Assembly (NCBI RefSeq): GCF_036588685.1
Contig: NC_086378.1
Coordinates: 5,394,001 to 5,458,000 of the forward strand
Reading direction: 5' to 3'
Source: Mytilus trossulus
Taxonomy: Eukaryota
Length of the DNA stretch: 64,000 nt
How positions within the stretch are numbered: the stretch's first letter is position 1; every line of letters starts with the position of its first letter. This document shows, in pieces, positions 51,734-64,000 of this stretch. The position numbers and the translations under genes were made by a program. The notes beneath the pieces were generated by a model. The model was given only the letters and a program-made list of their open reading frames with translations, did no database searches and was not told the origin of the DNA.

Positions 51734-54700
51734 TCACCTTTTAAAGCAATTTCTGATACTGAAAATAATGGTGAGTCCGAAAATAAACGTAACTATGGAA
51801 ACTTGATAAGTAGATGACGCCTTCCCAGTTGGACAGTTCTGTCCTTCACATTTCGGAGTTTCTGAAATATAAACTAAAAAAAAAATCGTTAGTGATTCTA
51901 CCCTAATTCTTACTTTATCTGAGTTTTGTATTAATTAGCAATGTGCTACGTTTCAAATTACATGGTGGAAGAAAATTAAAATTACAGAACAGGATAGTAT
52001 CTTTGTGATTTTACTTTTAATGAACTAATTAAAGTGCCGTAAAAACAGAGCAAACAATGACCTAGATCAATGATTAAACAAGTAGAATGTGAACTATTTG
52101 TAACTTTAAGAATCCAAACATTAAGTATTCAGAACAGAAAGTTTTAGTAAAATGATCATGCGCCTTCTCAAAAATATATTCACAGTGTGTTGTACTATTA
52201 TTGGGACAAATCATATCAAAATTATAGAAAACTTCATCAGCTCTATCTATCTCAAAATATGGACAATTTTATGTTAAGGGGTTTTGAAATCTTTCTGTCA
52301 TCTTGTGAAGAGCTAATTATCAACCTTTTCAGCTGTACTAAATTTTGTGTCATTTTTGGTCTTTTGTGGATAGTTGTCTCATTGGCAATCATACCACATC
52401 TTCTTTTTTATAAATTCTTCTTTACTTTAAAATTCATGATCCAGGGTAATTTACTTCCCATGCTTCCTTTTTGAGGCATAAAACACGGAGATAATATTTG
52501 GAAGATTATAACATGCACACGTATAAATACTGCGTTTTTCATCCTACGCAATCATAGGTTTGAACGTTGTTTTCAATTTAGATGTGTTTCTATTATTTTC
52601 GTTTAGGCTCGTATTATATCTACCGTATGGCTTATATTATCAGTTCATCATATTTTGACTCAAAACAAAATTCAAGAGTCTATATCCTAACTTGAGGTAA
52701 ATTATATGTCCTTCCAAATACTTTTTCGATCCTTAACTTCACTGAAGAGACATTAATTGTCGAATTTCAGATATGGTGAAAAAAAGAATTTTAAGCACCT
52801 CATGTTTGTGGTTTACCATCTTCGCCGCAAGATTATTGTTTGTATTCTATTAATATAAAGATTCATTTCGTTACATCTTTGTGATCAATGTATTTGGCAA
52901 TCGTTAATGGCAGTCAATAGTATCTAAGATCATCAGTTTTTCGACCTGTTAATCAATGTTTTTGGAGATAAGTGTATTTTTACTGCACTAGTACACAATT
53001 TGTGTAGTGGCCCGCTGAGGACCACCTCCGGGTGCGGGATATTATCGGTGCGTTGAAGAACAATCGTTGGCTTTCGACAATTGCTACTCTTTGTCGGGTT
53101 ATTGTCTATTTCCCCATTTCATTTCTCAATTTGATGAGTATATTATAATGTTTCACGACATGACTTTAAATTTAGTCAACAGAACAATGATAAACCTTGA
53201 TTACTTGTTATAACTTACTTTGCACAGTTAAAACACCGGTCGTTTTTGGCCACTTATAGTGATACCAATTTGGCTGATAGATCTGACATGTATAATTCCC
53301 TGCATCAGTCTCCGTTAATGATCGAATAATGAGTTGATAAATTTCACCATAGTTTGATATATATTTCACCACCTTATATTTCATTTGCCCTTCAACAACT
53401 TCATCAATATGAACAGTTTCATCAGAGGATAAGTTTTTTTGGGGACTAGTTAGCGTGGCCTGTTTAATCCAATGCATCTGTTACAATATAATATAATTAT
53501 GTTAAGAATATTATGGTGTCTTCCTCCATCTTGGATTTTGATACACCAGAAAACATTTGTCTTGATCTTTAATAAAATTTGTAAATTTTGAAAGCAGAAA
53601 AAAAACTGTCTAAGAGTTTTTATTTCAAATTAGAAAATTACATGTTTTATCAAATTAATAGTTGCATTTTACAACAACAAAAAAAACAGAATACGTTTGT
53701 TAAATTCAATTTTTTCAAACCTAAACACGAAAGGGGATATAACTCAAATAAAAGGTCAGATAATTCAGATAAAGTTACTTTTACAATGGAATGTTACTTA
53801 TTTATAATGTGTCAATAAAACAAGTCCCATAGCCCCTTTTTTTCGTATCGAAAGCCCAGTATAAGAACTATCTTCTCATGTTTTATCTCAAAATTATATG
53901 GTAAAGTTTTCGAAAATTGGGTATTCCATGCATAATCTTTACAAAATCTGTAAATTTTGCACAACCTGAAGCGTAAGAATATTCCTTGTGACCTATATAT
54001 TTTCATTATACTTTTTTGAAAAGCATGATGTAAACTACATTTTGAAAATTAAATACTAAGTTCTATGGATTATAATTGAAACACCCCATCTTCCTCCAAA
54101 TCAATTGATATGCATTTTACAGTCCATTTCCAAATCATTTAAAAGTTTGAAATTTAATGATTAATCTCTCAAAATAGATACATGGCTGTACATCGAGTTA
54201 CCCTACCGTCACATTATTCAATAAATAAGGTTGCAAAGACTTGTCTTACATTTAAATAAAAATTCGCAACAAAAATAAGATAGTTTTTATGACAATAGTT
54301 TCTTCCAATGCACTTGTTGATTTCCAGCTGAAAATCAAGATATCAAACTGGACTGGTAAGATTAAATTGTGGTACATGGGTTTTAATTTTAATCCTGGTA
54401 TCTATGATGAGTTTAATTTTCATTAGTTCTTAAAGATAAACAAAACTTAATGGTCCTTGACCGTCAAACATATGTTACTATGTAATAAATGTAATATAAT
54501 AAATATTATAGTTTAAAAACAATATAGAAAACTCATGTTTTATTCTTTTTATCGGAATCCGTCTATTTCGCATCGATTAGAAGAATAAGGACAAAAGGTT
54601 TCTTAAAATAATTGGAAATAATTCTCTATCATAAACAAAAGAACCACGAACAAAGAACAAGGACCACTGCAAGGTCAATGTTTTGTTCATTGAGATATAC

Positions 54701-57697
54701 CAGTTCGGTATAGTAAAGACAGGAAAAATACATTTTTAGCTCACCTGGCCCGAAGGGCCAAGTGAGCTTTTCTCGTCACTTGGCGTCCGTCGTCCGTCGT
54801 CCGTCGTCGTCCGTCGTAGTCCGTCGTCGTTAACTTTTACAAAAATCTTCTCCTCTGAAACTACTGGGCCAAATCAAACCAAACTTGGCCACAATCATCA
54901 TTGGGGTATCTAGTTTAAAAAATGTGTGGCGTGACCCGGTCATCCAACCAAGATGGCCGCCACGGCTCAAAATAGAACATATGGGGTAAAATGCAGTTTT
55001 TGGCTTATAACTCAGAAACCAAAGCATTTAGAGGAAATCTGACATGGGGTAAAAATGTTTATCAGGTCAAGATCTATCTGCCCTGAAATTTTCAGATGAA
55101 TCGGTTAACCTGTTGTTGGGTTGCTGCCCCTGAATTGGTAATTTTGAGGAAATTTTGCTGTTTTTGGTTATTATCTTGAATATTATTATAGATAGAGATA
55201 AACTGTAAACAGTAATAATGTTCAGCAAAGTTAGATTTACAAATAAGTCAACATGACCGAAAAAATGTCAGTTGACCCCTTTAGGAGTTATTGCCCTTTA
55301 TAGTCAATTTTTAACCATTTTTCATAAATCTAAGTAATCTTTTACAAAAAACTTCTCCTCTGAAACTACTGAGCCAAATTAATTCAAACTTGGCCACAAT
55401 CATCTTTGGGGTATCTAGTTTAAAAAATGTGTGGCGTGACCCGGTCAACCAACCAAGATGGCTGCCACGGCTAAAAATAGAACATAGGGGTAAAATGCAG
55501 TTTTTGGCTTATAACTCAAAAACCAAAGCATGTTGAGGAAATTTGAAATGGGATAAAAATGTTTATCAGGTCAATATCTATCTGCCCTGAAATTTTCAGA
55601 TGAATTGGACAATCGGTTGTTGGCTTGCTGCCATCCAATTGGTAATTTTTAAAGAAATTTTGCCGTTTTTGGTTATTATCTTGAATACTATTATAGATAG
55701 AGATAAACTGTAAACAGCAATAATGTTCAGCAAAGTAAGATCTACAAATAAGTCAACATGACCTAAATGGTCAATTGACCCCTTAAGGAGTTATTGCCCT
55801 TTATAGTCATTTTTTAACAATTTTCATTAATTCGGTAAATTTATGTAAATTTTTACCAAATATTTTTCTCTGTTACTAATGGGCAAGGTTCATTATAGAT
55901 ATAATTGTAAGAAGCAAGAACGTTCAGTAAAGTAAGAACTTCAAACACATTACCATCACCAAAATACAATTTTGTCATGAATCCATTTGTGTCCTTTGTT
56001 TAATATACACATAGACCAAGGTGAGCGACACAGGCTCTTTAGAGCCTCTAGTTTTACATCTTCTGACATCAGACTCGGACTTCTTCTTGTGCGTATTGTT
56101 ATGCATTTACTTTTCTTCATTGGCTAGAGGTATAGGGGAGGGTTGAGATCTCTTAAACATGTTTAACCCCGCCTCATTTTTGCGCCTGTTCCAAGTGAGG
56201 AATCTCTGGCCTTTGTTAGTCTTTGGTTTTTTTAAATTTTAGTTTCTTGTGTACAATTTGGAAATAAGTATGGCGTTCATAATCACTGAACTAGTATATA
56301 TTTGTTTAGGGGCCAGCTGAAGGACGCCTCCGGGTGCGGGAATTTCTCGTTACATTGAAGACCTGTTGGTGACATTCTGCTGTTGTTTTTTTTATATGGT
56401 CGGGTTGTTGTCTCTTTGACACATTCCCCATTTCCATTCTCAATTTTATTTGGTAAAAAACCACGCCTTCCTTTAGTTTCGTATCTTTCTGTAATAGTTT
56501 TGTCATTATAAAGAAGCTTTTATAAAGGGAAGATAGTTGTTGCTGTTGTAATCATGTGAAATGATATTTTTTTTTAAAGTTATTGTTTACCAACTGACCA
56601 AGACAAAGGACAAGGTACGAAAAGGCCCTTTTTTTGGATTTTGGACCTCTATGTTCTAATTTTTTAAATTCTGTTTTGGAAAGCTACTGATTATGTTAAA
56701 ATATTCGCAGAGATTTGAACTTTGTTTTGGTGAACTTCAAAACCACTAATTTTAGGAACTAGTTGAGATGACAGGGGTAAACCTTCTGTTATTTTTCACA
56801 TATTGTAATTATTATTCATTTTACAGGGGATTTTAAAACATTTTTTTAGTTTTTGAGTGCCAGCGCCAACCTGACCCAGGATTTTTTTTTATTCCAATGC
56901 CATGCGAACTATTTCTGCTGTCTAACTCGACATAATGTGTTCAGGGTCACATATGCATACGGTATTAAATTTTAAGAAACTGGCCAGAAAACGTCATTTT
57001 TCCTTCTTTTAACGTTTTTTATGACCACCCTCACCCCCTCACCTCACCCATTTTCAAATTAGTGGTTGTGAAGTTCATCAAAACAAACATCAAACTAAGG
57101 GAATATTTTAACGTGATAAGTAGCTTTCCAAATCAAAATTTAATAAATGAGAAAATAGTGGGGCGAAAAATGGGCCTTATCGTACCTTGTCGTCCTTTTT
57201 GTAACTTAACGGACAACTTACTTTTGATTTTTATTTTTGGATAAATAAAGGTAACAATAGTTTATCATTGGTCGAATTTAAAATATCGATTGAGACAAAA
57301 ACAAATATGGGTTACACACCAAACGCGAGGGAAACACATCAATTATAAGAAAAAAACATCGAAACAACAAAAACACTAGAGTGAAGAAACAATAAACGCA
57401 CACATAAACGAACTGTATTGTTAATTTCTATGTCATTTGTGCCTCTAATTGAGCAGAGATGTCTCATTGACAATTATACCACATCTTCTATTTTGTATAA
57501 AATAACACCTGACATTTTCCCGACTCGGTACAGGTCATTTTAAGGAAAAAAGAAAAAGTTTATATAGGAGATTATATTTAGATGTACCTTTGCTCTGTAA
57601 TGCAGTAAATTTATGGTGGAACAATTCAGGTATGCTGTTTGGCCTATTGTTTTCACCTCTGATAAAATATCATGCACTATTTCTGGTCTTGCAAGAA
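51734..57697 (-). CDS. Lachesin-like single-Ig unit with hydrophobic/GPI tail (copy C); 5' end unresolved
   Basis: Exons about 57690-57588 (RPEIVHD...TAYLNCST), 53477-53219 (DAGNYTC), 51861-51734 (TPKCEGQNCPTGKASSTYQVSIVTFIFGL...); all in frame. Confidence 0.78.
52735..52778 (+). repeat. Degenerate hammerhead-like motif of another family
   Basis: CUGAAGA-GACA-uuaau-UGUC-GAAU; stem III and cleavage site not intact. Confidence 0.4.
54733..56053 (+). mobile_element. Non-autonomous Helentron (HINE/DINE-1-like)
   Basis: T-rich ends, subTIR gctcacct/aggtgagc, 5' hairpin, (cgtc/cgt) microsatellite, about 505-bp internal tandem units, 3' hairpin ggctctttagagcc. Confidence 0.85.
56055..56450 (+). 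repeat. SINE-like dispersed repeat
   Basis: Reverse complement of 48545-48830. Confidence 0.7.
56605..57197. mobile_element. MITE
   Basis: TIR gacaaggtacgaaaaggcccttttt / aaaaatgggccttatcgtaccttgtc. Confidence 0.8.
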
Positions 57698-58879
57698 AAT
57701 GAAAAGTATAATACAATTGTATGTATAATGTAATAAAAAAAACAAAAATAAATCTACAAGAAATATTTACAAAGCAGTATCAATTTTCATTCTATAATAA
57801 GTACGGTTGTAAACTTTGCCAAAACTCTTCCCGTTGAAGCTTGAATTTAAGAATGCGTTGGGTTGTATGACCTAATGTGTTCTAAGATACATTGTAAGAG
57901 ACCTGACTTGCTGTTCCTTGTTATCATATAATCATAAAAAAGACTTTTATTCATGACAGCTGGTTACATTGTTAGAGACTAATTAAGAAATAATTATTTG
58001 TTATTTGATTTTGCCATGTGATTATAGACTTTCCGAGTTGATTTTCCTCTAAGTTCATTATTTTTGTGATTTTACTTTTTATGGAAGCCATAGATTTGTA
58101 AGAAATCTACACATGGTCGTAATATTCACATTTTATTCGAATTTTATCCTCAGCGTTAGGCCATGTGTAAATATACAACAAATGGATGGCTTCCATGAGT
58201 TATTTAGTTTTTAATTGGACAAATATGGTCGTTAAGAAACAGTTGAAGCAAGGGTTGGAATGCCGTGTGTGTGGCTGCTTTTTTTACTCCGTGCTAGATA
58301 AAGCTCCTAATTCTAATAAATCTGTAACTTGTATTGATTATTTCATGAATTACCGTTACAAAAAAAACTGTTTAATTCTTTTAACTTGAAACCCAACATT
58401 TGCCATTTTTAATTTACATGTTTTGTAAGCCATCGTTATATCCACAATAGACATTTCGTAACTGACGAGACGCCATGTTTTCCTGCTGAAATCAATGAAT
58501 ATGCATATAATGCAATAGAACAGAAAACGAATCAATACCTACCCCATAATTCCAATTCAATAATATGCCATACGAATTTCGATGATTAACGTTACGGAAA
58601 ACCTTCAACTCTAGCGTTTTCATTTGTATGACGTCATGTTTTGACATGAGTCGAATGCGCCATAACATTGATACACTTTCGAGGAATTTTATTTCATTTT
58701 GATTTTGTTGATTTTTCTCCGAGCTTTTGTGTATTAATTCTTTTTGTTTTGTATCCGAATAAGAATAAATATTCTTTTGTCTTTCTTAAATTGCAATTTT
58801 TAATACAAAAAAAAACGACAAAGCGATTACAAAAAGGTTACAATATATATTGATTTACGTGGAAGTTATATTGTAACTT

Positions 58880-60373
58880 CCAGTTTCGTCCCCGAGTGTA
58901 TCACCAATCTAGTAGTTAAAACATTTCGGTGTTGACATGAATATCAATAACGTGGTCATTATTTATAAGTTTCTTGTTTACAAAACTTTGAATTTTTCGA
59001 AAACTAAAGATTTTCTTATCCCAGGAATAGATTACCTCAGCTGTATTTGGCACAACGTTTTGGAATTTTGGATTAATGCTCTTCAACTATGCACTTGTTT
59101 GGCTTTATAAATATTTTGATATGAACGTCACTGATGAGTCTTGTAACAGTATTTAAGCATTTGACTTTTCTACTCTTTACACAAGTATTCCACATTCCAA
59201 ACTAAAGGACAAATTGAAATAGTTGGTATTACTTTGCTTCATGAAAAAGAATGGCCAACGTAGATACAAGTATCTTGCCTTAGGGAGGGATAAATCCTAC
59301 TTTGTTAAGAATCAATCTGATTCAAACAAAAAATTCTCTGAAACCGATATTAGCAAGATGCTTGATTTCTTGATTGATAACATATTTGTTACGTTCGGAG
59401 GACGTTTTTTTCAACAGACTGTTGGCATCCCAATGGGCACAAATTATGCCCCTCTACTTGCTGACTTGTTTCTTTATTATTATGAGGCTGACTTCATGCA
59501 GGAACTTCTTAGGAAGAAAGGTAAGAAGTTAGCAATATCCTTTAATTCTACTTTCCGCTATATAGATGACGTTCTTTCACTAAACAATTCAAATTTTGGT
59601 GACTATGTGGATCGCATCTATCCCATCGAATTGGAGATAAAGTATACTACAGATACAGTTAAGTCGGCTTCATATCTTGACTTACATCTAGAAATTGATA
59701 ATGAGGGTCGGTTGAAGACAAAAATTTACGACAAAAGAGATGAACTTTCCATTTCTAAGTAGCAACATTCCAGCAGCACCTGCATACGGACTATATATCT
59801 CCCAATTGATACGATATTCCCGTGCTTGCATTTCCTATCGTGATTTTCTTGATAGAGGGTTACTGCTCACAAGGAAGCTATTAAACCAAGAGTTCCAAAT
59901 GGTGAAGTTGAAAGCATCCCTTCGTAAATTTTACGGACGCCATCACCAGTTGGTTGACCGTTATGGAATAACCGTTTCACAAATAATATCGGATATGTTC
60001 CTTACGTCGTAACTACAATCCCCTTCCCTTTCATGAATTTGACCTACCGAATTAGACTATTTACCGGATGGATTTGTAATCACATAAGCAACACGACGAG
60101 TGCCTCATGTGGAGCAGGATCTGCTTACCCTTCCAGAGCACCTGAGATCACCCCTAGTTTTTGGTGGGGTTCGTGTTGTTTATTCTTTAGTTTTCTATGT
60201 TGTGTCATGTGTACTATTGTTTTTCTGTTTGTCTTTTTCATTTTTAGCCATGGCGTTTTCAGTTTGTTTTAGATTTATGAGTTTGACTGTCCCTTTGGTA
60301 TCTTCCGTCCCTCTTTTATGTAGACGAAACGCGCGTCTTGGTTACTAAATTATAGTCCTGATGCCTTTGATAA
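58880..60373 (+). mobile_element. Retrozyme unit (356-nt family) split by a Naiad insertion
   Basis: 58880-59142 ends ctgatgagtctt; the unit resumes atgtagacgaaacgcgcgtc at 60318. Confidence 0.85.
59143..60317 (+). mobile_element. 5'-truncated Penelope-like (Naiad-type) retroelement, RT pseudogene
   Basis: FDFSTLYT, GIPMGTNYAPLLADLFL, FRYIDD, SYLDL, YDKRD; the ORF ends with no C-terminal GIY-YIG; TAG at about 59220 and a deletion/frameshift at about 59740. Confidence 0.88.
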
Positions 60374-60666
60374 TCATTGAAAGCATTCCATGAGTTCATA
60401 GCTTATGATGAGTTAAAATAAAATGAAAACATGGAAACATTTAAGGAGATGGTTTTTATACTGCAACTAATAGTGTTTGTTTTCTAAATATAGTAACACA
60501 GCTTTATTTTGTGCAATGTCATTTTCATCATGGAACACTTTTTCACTCTCATTGGTTCATTAAGGAATGCAAATAAGCTTGAAATTGGTGTTACAATTGA
60601 GTTAGTAATGCAGTTGTTTTTAAAGTTGCATTAAAAAAAACCAGTATTAGGTCAATGTCAGCAATA

Positions 60667-61025
60667 AATAAAGGCAACAGTAGTATACCGCTGTTCAAAA
60701 CTCATAAATCCATGGACAAAAAACAAAATCGGGGTAACAAACTAAAACTGAGGGAAACGCATTAAATATAAGAGGAGAACAACTACACAACATTAAAATG
60801 TTACACACACAGAAACGGACCAAGCATCAGACAAAATCCCACGAGAATAACAAATATAACATCAAAACCAAATACATGCATTTGGGATAGACAAGTACCG
60901 TGACACGTCTTATCGCAATGTGAATTTACACTAAAAAATAAGAGAAAACAAACGACGCAACGTTAAAATGTAACACACACAGAAACGAACTATAATATAA
61001 CAATGGCCATTTTTCTGACTTGGTA
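60667..61025 (+). repeat. Dispersed repeat family (same as 13540-13983)
   Basis: Well-preserved copy. Confidence 0.75.
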
Positions 61026-61133
61026 AAGGACCAAATATCAACTTTTATGTAGAACCTCGCCCTTCCCCAGTTTCTCAGCCTTATACAAAAAGGTGGATAT
61101 TTTTCTGATATTAATCTAATATTGTATATTTAC

Positions 61134-61182
61134 CTACTAGCTCCAACAGATGGACAGTTTTGTCCTTGGCATTCCATAGTTT
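61134..61182 (-). CDS. C-terminal exon of a further lachesin-like paralog (copy D); the rest lies beyond the window
   Basis: tttcag|(E)TMECQGQNCPSVGAS-AG|gtaaat, homologous to copy C TPKCEGQNCPTG. Confidence 0.75.
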
Positions 61183-63235
61183 CTGAAATGTAAAATTGTA
61201 CGTTTAAAGCTGTATAAACATATTTCGTTTTTCTGGTAATTTTTTTACAGATATCTAAAACAATCAGACTATAAACTGAATGTATCTGTCATTATGTAAA
61301 ATGTCCGAAAAAAATAATCATGAAATTCACACCCTGATCAATGATTGGTTAAAATGAGGTCCATGTCAGATGAAACTAGACTATCAGACCGATTATTCAA
61401 TACACAAAATGTAGCTTACTCAATTATTATAAACTAACAGAACAGTAGTTTCCTACTTATTTTTACAGTTCGTGCCGTTTGCGTCTATGTTGTGCTCTAA
61501 TGCATCTAACTATGGTTAAGGAATTGTCAAGCTTTTAAAATCTTGCATAATTTAGGATAACTGTACGTAATCAGCTACTCCATAGATTTTATTTTTAAAT
61601 GTACATTTGGATTCTACTTGTAAACAACATCAGCTTATGAAATAAAAAAGGAAAAAATCGAAAAGCAAGGCAAAAAAGACGAATCAATTGGTACAAAGAA
61701 AGTACTTGGCAACCGTGCTAGTTTCAATCTATATCCTCTTTAAGTTGAAGTTTTAGCGCAAAATTAGAAAATATTCGACGAGATTATTGATTTCTACTGA
61801 AATGTTACTCTATAATCCCCATTGCACAGTGCCGTACAGTATCGTAACACAAATCGTGAGGTAGCACTTCACAGTTTGGTGTGTAGTTTCGCATTTTGGC
61901 CCCTGTAGTTTTTTTTAAATATGAGAGCTAGTGTGCAATTAAATGCATTTCTGTATAGCTAAGGATTGAAATAGCCTTCATATTTGGGATAAAAGAACAT
62001 CAAGATTTTTTATAATAGTAATGTACGTAATATAGGCTATTTTCTGTATGATAGTCTGCATTTGCATATCCATACCATACATTGGTCCGGCAATTATTGG
62101 AATGATTTATTCCAAGTTCTTAATTATTTTTACGAAAAATTGAGGCGAACGACACCCATTTTTTTATTTGATGACAAAGAAAATTTATGTCAATAGTTTT
62201 GTAACGTGTAACCGGGCGATCAATGGATCTGTATCTCAATAAATCAGGATTTCAAGTGTCCAACTCAATTTTTCTCCACAACCAGTTGTCCTATTCAAAA
62301 CAATTAACACATCCTTACATTGATTCATAACAAAAACGATATACACAGCACAATGCACATGAATCAAAATGCCGGGTGAAGTACCTCATTCACAATGCAC
62401 AAACACAATGTTTCATTACAGAAAATATATACACAATGCCACTATGCAATCACTATGCAACATGTATCAGACCGATTTATTCACAATGTCACTAACAGAT
62501 TATTATGCAACATGCATACGGCCCTTTATTACACCATGTCACCAACAGATTACTTTGCAACATGCATCAAGTAAGAATTACACAAAACGTATGAACACAA
62601 AATCACATATATTCAACTTCTATTTACAACGTCCAACAATATGTAGTATCACCTTGTTAGTTTGCAACTAACCACAATAACACAATAACACAATGACACA
62701 ATTACACTCGCACAACGTTTCAATTCACAAGGAATGTATATATAAACACAGCTGAACTCACGCACTAACTATCCTTTTGAGTTCTCACACAATGAATATT
62801 ATCCAACTGGTGAGGTTTAACACAGTGCACTTTCACTTATACACTTCCACAATATTACAACACCAGCAAGTAAACACCTTGTATTCTCACTTATACAAAT
62901 CTATGAAGTATTCACACTTCCTCATAGTACAACTTGCAACACCAGCAAGTATACACCTTGTATTCTCATTAATACAATAACCACTTATATATTTATATCA
63001 GATTCACTTTATACATTGTATCACAATCACTATTGCAATATCCACATATAAATCCGAACACTATTGATATATCCTTTGGAATCACTTAATTCACTCTACT
63101 TACCAGTTGGAATATTTAATCCGGATTTTATCACTTCAACGGTCCACATATAACTGACCAAGTTTCTGATAATGATGTGAGGGTGTTTAGGGTCCGACTA
63201 TCCTGTATGGATATCGCGGACTGTAGAAACCTATT

Positions 63236-63895
63236 CTAAAGACTGGAGTCTGTCGGTCTTTTTGCCTTCATTTTACTTCGACTGCGTTGGTGTTGCTGGT
63301 ACGGAGTATCGGGTCTTGCTGCTTGTATGGCTGATTGAATTGCCTCTTTGGATTGATCAGTGATGACGGGCGATGTGTGTGTTTGTGTGAGCAGTAGGTC
63401 TGGGTGGTCGATGTCGAACCCATCTTCGAAGTCGATCCTACTGCGCTTGCCTCTGTCATTGGTGGAGATATAAAATACCAGGCGGTGGCAGGCCTTGTTG
63501 GGGTTGTAGGGACTGGTGACAATATCCCTATTGACTACTACCCCAACTGGTTCCCCCTTGTACTTCGTTGGTGTTAGTACAGGTTCAACAACGCTGTCTC
63601 TTGTCTCTGTTTGTGTGGTGGTGGTTTGTTGGACTTTGTCAGCAGGTACCTCGGCTGTTTTTGTTGCCTTCCACTGGTAAAAGCGCTTTGCGTCTCTTCT
63701 CCTGGTGGAGGGTGGCTTACTCTTCAGGGCCGGCTTGGATTTACTAGATGGTGCCTCTGGTTTCTTAGCCTTTGTCTTGGTCAACATGAGCTGTACTGAC
63801 ACCTGGTCAGAACTTGCGGAAAACTTCCAGGCAGGTTCTTTTCCAGTTAGCTTCATGGCTGCTAGTAAGGCATTCAAATCATTTGGAATTTCCAT
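63236..63895 (-). CDS. Orphan intronless ORF (219 aa from ATG 63895), probably mobile-element-borne
   Basis: Uninterrupted ORF, clearly GC-richer than its flanks; basic KSKPPSTRRRDAKRFYQW motif; no family recognised. Confidence 0.5.
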   Translation of the reverse strand: MEIPNDLNALLAAMKLTGKEPAWKFSASSDQVSVQLMLTKTKAKKPEAPSSKSKPALKSKPPSTRRRDAKRFYQWKATKTAEVPADKVQQTTTTQTETRDSVVEPVLTPTKYKGEPVGVVVNRDIVTSPYNPNKACHRLVFYISTNDRGKRSRIDFEDGFDIDHPDLLLTQTHTSPVITDQSKEAIQSAIQAARPDTPYQQHQRSRSKMKAKRPTDSSL

Positions 63896-64000
63896 TATGA
63901 TGGTCAACGAAGTTAGTGAGTTGTTTTCAGCTATGATCAGTACGAATACTTCAAACACGACCAAGTTTCTCTGTCTTGAGCTGGCTTATATACTGCCATA

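Noticed and set aside
59143-60012. Selenocysteine-recoded Naiad as described in clams
   Set aside because: The interruptions are a TAG and a deletion frameshift, not in-frame TGA codons.
10858-60348. Recurrent short ORFs such as EQDLLTLPEHLRSP and CGAGSAYPS
   Set aside because: Translations of the non-coding Naiad 3' tail, not genes.

Overview
AT-rich eukaryotic genomic DNA with spliceosomal introns. Gene and repeat families point to a bivalve, probably a Mytilus-like mussel (inference). All host genes are on the minus strand. (1) 415-10189: a 4-coding-exon gene of about 1,900 aa with an NLR/Avs-like layout: DZIP3-type HEPN domain (intact RxxxxH), nSTAND3-type P-loop NTPase, then roughly 35-40 ankyrin repeats. 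It carries frameshifts and in-frame stops. (2) 17226-61182: a tandem cluster of lachesin/IgLON-like genes. Copy A is intact with 3 Ig domains. Copy B has 1 Ig domain and is split by a 5-kb Ngaro/PAT-type tyrosine-recombinase retroelement. Copy C has 1 Ig domain and no identifiable signal exon. Only one C-terminal exon of a fourth copy D is present. (3) Dense mobile DNA: about 350-nt repeat units carrying minimal type I hammerhead ribozymes (non-LTR retrozymes, including a dimer-competent 356-nt tandem and one copy split by a Penelope/Naiad RT insertion), Naiad fragments, TA-flanked MITEs, a Helentron-type HINE, an Academ-like relic, SINE-like repeats and an orphan ORF. All coordinates and translations were worked out by eye; no searches were run.
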